A stretch of DNA of 64,000 bases from Plasmodiophora brassicae. Its lineage: Eukaryota. Numbering within the stretch: the stretch's first letter is position 1; every line of letters begins with the position of its first letter. The DNA lies in assembly GCA_036867785.1 (NCBI GenBank), contig CP145412.1, positions 496,001-560,000 of the forward strand. The letters are read 5' to 3'. The notes under the pieces were generated by a model. That model was given only the letters and a program-made list of their open reading frames with translations. It ran no database searches and was not told where the DNA came from. The position numbers were made by a program, and so were the translations under genes. Below are positions 56,221 to 64,000 of this stretch, one piece after another.

Positions 56221-59200
56221 TCATTGTATTGGTGAATGTCGTGAGATTTGTCGAATGTGGATGAGGCGTTGTACAGGGAAATAGAACATTCGCGGCTCAG
56301 CGGATTCATCCCGTCTCTGGTCGACCAGGAACCGCATCCGGTTGATAGCGAATACCCCAGGGTGCGTGAACGTGGCCTGCAACGCTATCGTGATCGACTG
56401 CTCCGGCTCTGTGGCATGGGGCATCACTGGTTCGTTCCAGATGACATGCGGGCAGAGCAGGTCACCTAGCGATATGCCGCTTCGACGGGTGCAACCTGCC
56501 CAGAAGGATCGCCCACGAGTGCATGGTGTACTGATTGTTGCAAATTTGCGCTCCCTGCATCGGTTCGTCATCGTCAATCCCCCACGGCGCAAGTCGCCTT
56601 ACTCTGTGTCGAAATACGTCTCCGGATTGAGTGTTTCGAAAGCGAACGAAACCGATTCCCTGCTTCCGTTGAAAATCTTAACTTCAACGGGGACACAGGC
56701 GAGCCTGCAAATGACCAGTTAATACAGGCATTAGGGCATTCAACGCGGTCGCGTCGTACGGAGCAACATAGAAGTCATGATCAACCTCGGAGGAGAAATC
56801 GACCGAAATTCGCAGGGGACATCCTGCCTGAGGCGTCGCTTCAGAGTGGTCAGCGACCCGACTTATGACGGCGCCTCGCCTCGATCCGTCGTCTGTACTC
56901 CAGAACAACACGAAGTCCAGTACGCCATCCTTGGCAGGAGAATGCCGGAACCAAACGAGGTCGGAATTGCCTGTTCAGGGCCAACAATTGGGAACGTAAA
57001 ATGCGACCTAAACACAGAACACGCTACCTGTGGCTGTTGGACTGGGCGACCTTCCTCGGCATTCAATGACACTTCTGGGCGAAGGGCCCGCCGACGGTTT
57101 GACGATCGTGTGAAACGAGAACTCTTGCCCGGGTTGAATTACCCGGTCAGTATCACCAAGCTCGTCAACATCGCAGGGACGCGAACCACTTTGCAGCAAT
57201 ACGAGGCGGTCGAGGACCATGTTTCCATCATCAGTCTCGTTGCCGACAATGAACTCAACAGCGCGATGCCTTGGAAGGTCGAATGCGCTCCGACAGCTTC
57301 CATCGACTCGGATGGAAGGAATTACCGAGACCGTCCACTTCAGATGCGCCGTCCGGAATGGAATGGCCTTGTCTCCTCCCGTTGAATATCGGAGAAGGAG
57401 CCGAATGTCGTGCACTCCTTCGTCTCCACCACGCAAGGATACCGCGATTCGATTTCTGTGGCAGTAGTGTCACCCAAACATACGTTCAGGAAGGAGGCGT
57501 TCCTTACATCCCGCTGCATAAGCGTATCGGGTCTTTGACAGTTGCAAACTCTTGTTTGGAAGACTTCACGAACAACTGGACGCCATCAGTGGCAGACTGT
57601 GCTATAATGATCCCCGAAGTAAGCTCGCCAAACCGTAACTCGTCTGGAAACGACTCCAGGGAGAATGACACATGAGCCAGCGGGGGTCGACACTCCCGCA
57701 CTTCAAATGACAGCGGCCTGGCAGGGCTTTCTTGCGGACGGTATGGAACACGAGACAGACCGCTCTGCACCCATCGTTGGACCCTCGCCTTTTGAGACGT
57801 GGCTGAGAGATCTGAGGGAAACCTTTAGGGCAATGGCCGATCGGGACGTCAACAGACCCACCTGCTGTAGCATACGGGATGGTAACCCTGGCAATAACCA
57901 TGTCAAGAAATATCCAGGTAAGGCCTCGGATCAGGACGGTCCCAGGATGTTTGGGGACAATGGACATCACGACTGTCGTTGTTTCCAGCGGCGGCAGGTC
58001 CAAATCCGTTTCAGAGAGCTCCAGTGAGCCGACATCTCGGTCCAGCTAAATGTTTAATCAGGAACGTGCTGAGACAGGCATGGGACCAAGTACCTACCGG
58101 CGTGAATTCGCAGTCCAAACGCAAACGCCTTAGGGATACGGCAATAGCGAGAGGGTTACGAATAGTGCACGTGACGGAGACAGACGATCCTAGAGGAAGC
58201 GTTTGATTCCAAAAGCACAGCGACCATATGTTTGACAAGTCTGCATGAACCCGTTAGAGAGTTCGCTCATGAGCGGGAGCGCAGTAATGCAACACACCAG
58301 CATCCGCGTATGCAGAATAATTTGACCAGACGTCGGACTCAACAGCAAGAGGAATCTCGGACGCTTCACCGAATACGAACTGGTCAAAGGTGAAGCAAGG
58401 GACATCCAGACTAGAGAACCGATGAGTGCACGATGTTGTTCAAGCCGGAAGTACATACTCAATGGGGGTCGTGGTAAGCGTAGTATGCTTGAAGACAATG
58501 AGGAACTCTTTGAAGAACGTTTCTTGTCGGGTTTGAGACTGTCGGCCGCCGCCAAGCAACCGGACAAAGTGTTGCAGTGACCCATTATAGTCGCCGCAAT
58601 TGTACAGCTCACGTCCAAGCTTGAACCTGATGTGATCTTCGATATGAAGCCAGTTATGGCCCTCGTAGACACACAGTGCATCCGAGTAGCAGCGGATCGA
58701 GTTAGACCTCAAACCAAGTTTCGTATAGAGATGCGCAGCACGGACGAGGAAGAACGCATACTCTCGACACATTGGAGGTTGGGCGCTCACCCAGACCAGA
58801 GCCGCCTGCTCCATGAATAGGGCCGCTACATTACGTGATCAGCAAACGTTGCGATAATTGAACAGCGGCACGCCACCGACCCAACTCCGAATTGTCGCGT
58901 GTTCCGAGTCGAACCAGCCAGCTTACAGCATGCCGCGCTAGACCAGGAATGCTTCGTGCCAAGATGGCTTCCCAGCCAACAACCTGAGCGGCTGACGCGA
59001 ACATCCCAAGCTCAAGGTAGCCCTTTATGGCCGCCTCGAAGCTGGACTCGATTTCACGAACGCTGTCCCCACGTCCTGTCAATGAACTACCTCACATACA
59101 ACCCCACCAAGCAGGTGACGACCTTATCTGCGCAAACGCGTCACTGATGGAGAGGGATGCCACGCAAACGGCCGTTCCCGCCTCAGCGCGGGCCAATTCG

Positions 59201-60471
59201 CCCCGCAAGCGGTCCTTACCGCGAGCATCAGCTGAGGCAGCTCGAAAATACTCCAATGCAAGATGTATGTCTCCCATAAGGTATGCATAATCTGAAAGCT
59301 GTCGCAAAGTGAGCGTATACCTCGCGAGTCTGTCGAAATCTGCAAGTACAGACCTGGCGTGTTTGGACCTCAACCGGTGCTGAAGGTTGTGCTACCGGTG
59401 CTGCCGTTGTGTCTGAGACAGCATAATGAGGTCAACATTCGCCCTGCCGATCCAGCTTCATCCCCAATTACCAGGTCTCGACGGACGCTGTCGAGGACGG
59501 AAGAAGCTTGTCAGCTGGTTCCGAAACCCCTTGCGAATTGCAACAATCGAGGAGAAGAGCGCACAGATGCGGGATGACATCTGCGGAATGATTGCAGACC
59601 GCAGTAGGTCGTGAACGAACTGGTGCACGGCCGGCGATTCCGCGGATAACTCGGATTCGAGCATCAACGTCGAACACAGCCCGGGATCGAATGCCCTCCT
59701 CATAGCTTCGAGGCCGGTACGCGCCCGTTGGGACAGTCCCCCCGTATCGTGATCGGAAGGGGTACATAGTAGAACGAACCGTGTCTTGTCAGACGTTAAT
59801 AAAGCAATCGATTTGTAGAGCGAGAAGCGCACGACGTACCTGGACACCATAGTCCGGGCAAATATCGGAATAGACATTGGGCTTTGCCAAGGCCTTATCG
59901 CGGAGCTGGGAGAACACCCTGACAGGATCAACCTCATCCTGCGCCCAGATTTCAGGTAGACGCAAACAGCAGGGCGCGCGAACGCATCACCTCTGTTGCG
60001 ACACACAGGCAGCAGACCGGCTCTTCAACGAAATGCACTGGATTGTACAGGAGAGCGTCGTTGAGGTTGCGCATGAACAGGGCGAACCAAGGAGTGGGGT
60101 CGTTTGCCAGGCTCATGAAGTCGCTGACGTCATTCTCGTCGCGTATGACGACGTCTCGACGGAAATCGGGAAACTCGGAGACCGATGGGATCATTGGCGG
60201 CCCGGGATGGTCGAACAGGCGCGACACTGGAATGAAACGGACCGACAGGGAATCGAGCTCGAACGTTCGGGTCGCTGACTGGAACATGAACTTATCTGAG
60301 CGCGGACCGTCATTCGGCAGCACTGACAGCAAACGTCCCAGGCGACTGACCGAGCACGTACACGCTGCGATTCGCCTGGAACACTTGGCATGGCGTCAGG
60401 TTGTGATCCTCGAACCGCTGCGTGACTCGGTCGGTGACAGCCAGGGCGACAATTAAGTCCCGGTCCTCCAT
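56221..60471 (-). CDS. TRAPPC8: TRAPP III subunit Trs85/TRAPPC8, many introns
   Basis: TPWF...PVCCL, LRQLSDYAYLMGD..LA and EQAA...PPMCREYAF...W.HIEDHIRFKLGR. Confidence 0.85.
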
Positions 60472-60788
60472 CGTCGTCAGCGACCGATCGCCCGCTCCCC
60501 ACCTATCCGTCGCGATGCCGTCGTCGATTGATCAACCGACAGCCCTCATTGCGAATTTCGATGCGGCACCCCAAAAAAATGGCATGGAAAATTGACTGCA
60601 CCGCCCTGCCAAATGGAACGACGAAACACTTTGCTCTGTTCCAGGGTGTCTGCGTATACGTGTGCCAGTCTCGGACTCAAATGCCGAATGCAGAGATGGC
60701 AGCCTTTATCACGGGGCAGTATGGGGAGCATGTTCTGGGACAGGATAACGCTTGCGTGTCGTCGTTCCGGGTATCGTCGGAGGGTTCA

Positions 60789-62430
60789 TTATCGACGACG
60801 CCGGCGACGGCCCCCGGCGCGAACTGATGGGGATGGCACTGCGGGCAGCGACGGCGATTCCTGCCGCGATCGTTTCCGGGAGTGTGGCGATTCGCGGGCG
60901 CCGGCCCTGGACGGCGGGGATCGCGACCGCGGACGAGGTCGGTCTGCTCTCGTGGGCGGCTTCGCCTTGGGACCTGCATTCTTCTCCCGCTCCTCCAGAA
61001 GTTCACGTCGCCGCCTGGCTTCTGCCTCGCGTTCCGCCTTGGCCTGAGTGGCAAGTCGCTCTTGCTCCAGAAGGCGCTGCTTTTCCTCGTCGACAGGAGA
61101 CGAGGGCGCTGATGCACCACGACCATTGCTGGCCTTGGAAAGGTCTTCGTCCCCAGCATTCCGATCCCGTTCACGGGACGACGTTCGACTTCGTCGCCGG
61201 GCATCATCACTCTCGGGACCTGCCTTCGCAGCAGGACCATTACCTGTTACGCCATCGTCGCGGCGCCCATCGCTGCCGCGTCGCCCATCGCTGCGCCTAG
61301 GTGAAGGGCTCCGACGCTCCGGACGAGACCGACCTGCCCGCGCGACAGATGCAGAACGCTCCCCACGACCTCGAGGTGATTCGCCTCGCCCGCGCTGTTC
61401 GGGTCCGTCCCGTGAGCGTCTGGATCGATCGTCACGGTCGCGACGATCTGCACGTATATCGTGACCACGCTCAGGGCGGTCTCTAGGGCGGGACTCCCGC
61501 TCACGTCTCGTTCGCAGGTCGTGTTCACGCTGCGCACGATCGTCCCGTTCACGCCTGGAGCGCTCTTCGCGATCACGATCGCGCTCCCGTGTCGCATAGT
61601 CTTCACGTTCGCGCTCCCGCCTGGCATGATCTTCGCGATCCCGTTCCCGTTTGGCGTGATCGTTGCGCTCGCGTTCCCGCTTGACGCGGTCGTGTCGTTC
61701 TTTTTCGCGTCTCGCTTGCTCTTCGCGCTCGCGTCGGGCCTTCTCGTCGCGTTCGCGCCGGTGTTCTCGCTCACGTGCTGCACGGTCGTCCCGCTCCTGG
61801 CCCAAGGATGGACGGTCGCTGTCACGCCGATGGCGGCCGTCTCTGGCAGGCGACCGATGCCGAGGGACAGGCGACTTTCTTACAGGTGGTTTGCTTCTCG
61901 GTGCTTCCTTAATAGGAGACTTGACTGGACTTGCCGGAGCGGCGTCGGGAACGTTGCTGGCTCTCATCAGTTTGGCTTGGGCCGGTCTGCCATTAACAGG
62001 TCGGTTATGCAAAGCGACGACAGCACGAAGTGCCGCATCGGATGACTGGAACGTGATCATAGCGACGCCAAGCGATTTCCCGTTCTTCACGGCGGCCTCA
62101 AAGTCGATCCCCGAGATGACACCGCACGACGACAGCAGGCCCCGCAAGTCGTTCTCGCTCGTCCACCATTGAAGGTTCCTGGAAATTCCCCCATGAGCAT
62201 TACGGTCGTTATTCGGCGCAGCAACAACGACCGCACTTGACAATGATCGTTTTCAGTCCGGTATCGACAATGGGGGCGGATGCGATCTCGGGCGCCAGCG
62301 GCTCAATGGTCTCGTGGAACCGCTCGAAATCCGTGGTGGCATCCGGTGCAGCAGGGGCCGCGGGTGTCTCGGCGGGCGCTGCCTGCGCCTGGGTTGGGAA
62401 CAACGCCGCGTCGTCATAGAGCCACGACAT
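60789..62430 (-). CDS. RRM + RE/RD/RS-rich protein, CPSF6/CFIm68-like
   Basis: RRM with NLQWWTSENDL...F...NGKSLGVA, followed by a long RE/RD/RS region. Confidence 0.75.
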
Positions 62431-63628
62431 GGCTGCCACACGCCGTGTGCAGCCACGGAGACCGTGGCCCGGGAATGCCGAATGCCGTTTCCTGGACTAC
62501 TACCTGCGCGTCGCCCCTCAACCGCATCATGGCTTCGAGCCGTATCGGGCCACTGACAAAACCTGCAGCCTGCACCGGAGGTTCCAGAACGCGAATCCGC
62601 TTGCATCCGATCACCTGACTCTACGATTAAAGGGTTTGAGCGCAATCGTAGGTACCTACTTGATTTGAATCCCGTCAGGTCCATCGGGGTGCAACCTTGA
62701 GACTGGTGGACCAGTTCCAGGCTCAAAAGACAGAATCCGAACGCAGGTGGCTGGACGTGCTGGGAGTTCGCCACCTTGCCCAAAGCGTCCTCCCCTTGTG
62801 AATGCTGTGTTCCGCAAGTGAGATGTGCACTAAATCACAAAGACGGCTGTTTGTGCCGGTTCAATACAAGACATCATGGTGTTACAGTGATTCTGCAACA
62901 GATAAAGCATCGGTCTCATATGGTTGTGTATAAACCGCTTGGCTGTGGATGGCCAGACGTCAGATCTTTGTGACCTCTACCTTCCCATGCAATCGTCGCT
63001 TCATCGGAATCGGCTTTGTCTTCACCTTCCCACTGTGGGTTTCGTCATGTGCCATCAGCCCATCACTCTTACTTCCCGAATGTCGGGCCTGTTCGTGTTC
63101 CCACACTTATCCATGTCGAATGATCGAACGCGCTCCTGGCACGGCCTCTTGTACAGCGTCTAGTGGCATCGTTAGCCTTTGCAGAAGAGTATCGTAATCA
63201 TCGCGAAGTCGGTGTCGTCATTCAGACTTCAATGCAACGCTCATAATCACACGATCTACGATCGTGATCGCACTTTGTGGCAGATATCAAGTACGCCTGG
63301 AAATAAAGTGGCTCGCGTTGATATACCTAAGTAGCTGTTGGAATCGCTGCAGAGGCTAGACGGGTGATTCGTTGGACATCAGTGCAGCGAAAGGCCAGGG
63401 CGCCAGCGTTGCTTCGGAATCCCAAACTACGCTGGGTCAACATATGCTTCAGTCTCCATTGTTGTGGCTTGCCGAATCGATTTCGCGGACAGCCGCAGAA
63501 AACCCCCCGTTGTTTTACCTGCCGCCCGCCAAGTAGGAATTCCTGGAAGAAAGTCACTATACCGGGTACCCTCATTGACGAATGAATATACGACGGCCTA
63601 TGGTGTGAAATTCATTTCTTGGGAAAGT

Positions 63629-63629
<1 letters not shown>

Positions 63630-63667
<38 letters not shown>
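63630..63667. repeat. (CT)n microsatellite
   Basis: About 19 perfect CT units. Confidence 0.95.
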
Positions 63668-63669
<2 letters not shown>

Positions 63670-64000
63670 ACCTTTCGGTTTCTCGGGCAGTCGTTCCGGT
63701 CCGGGGGAGAGCGTACGTAGTGGTTATTCATCTGGGAACAATACGGAAACGGCGTCGAGAAGAATTTGTAAATTGCTGTATTCAGGAGCGTAAGTACAGT
63801 ACCCATAGACAGAGTTAGGCTTAGGTGACCTGATGGGAACTGAACGGTCAAACTCGAGGAATGCATCGCCGTCGCGCTCTCTCTGGACAAAGCCTGCAGC
63901 CTGCACCAGATGTGAGCGCCCCAGGCCACACCCTCTAATCCACGTTGGACGCGTACCATAAGTGCTTCGAGCGCATCTGACCCGGCATTACGAACGGATT

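Noticed and set aside
62500-64000. Genes or transposon remnants at the window end
   Set aside because: Only short ORFs without recognisable motifs; only the CT microsatellite is supportable.
1-64000. tRNA/rRNA genes, telomeric arrays and Polinton core genes
   Set aside because: None was recognised by eye. A tRNAscan-SE/Infernal/HMM search would be needed to exclude them.

Overview
This is a gene-dense, GC-rich eukaryotic window with many short (about 50-60 nt) spliceosomal introns. It carries a flagellar gene, secreted CE4 deacetylases and tyrosinase-family genes. That profile fits a zoosporic protist parasite such as Plasmodiophora brassicae (Phytomyxea), but the organism call is inference only. 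Bases 1-5273 are an intact, apparently young Ty3/Gypsy chromodomain LTR retrotransposon. The 5.6-30 kb region is enriched in secreted-protein genes: two tandem deacetylases, an intact tyrosinase and a paralog missing 4 of 6 copper histidines, an intronless ricin-B + GH49 enzyme, two paralogous small secreted proteins, a secreted zinc-finger protein and a secreted EEP enzyme. Housekeeping genes are interspersed there and dominate from 30 kb on (GLO2, METTL18, VPS45, ATP23, RTN4IP1-like, CTL/SLC44, NUP54, PIS, IQCG/IQCD-like, RPL14, class I HDAC, DDX27, TRAPPC8, CPSF6-like). The most striking structure is a 78-bp perfect, loop-less palindrome (AG...CT termini, 6-bp GCCCCA target-site duplication, a Polinton/Maverick-like signature). 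It is inserted into, and truncates, the signal-peptide + zinc-finger gene. Other notable items are a ~400-450 bp inverted duplication upstream of NUP54, a frameshifted giant-virus-like GIY-YIG/zinc-knuckle gene, and a protein built from three copies of an unrecognised ~110-aa domain. All family calls come from motif recognition by eye, and multi-exon boundaries are approximate.
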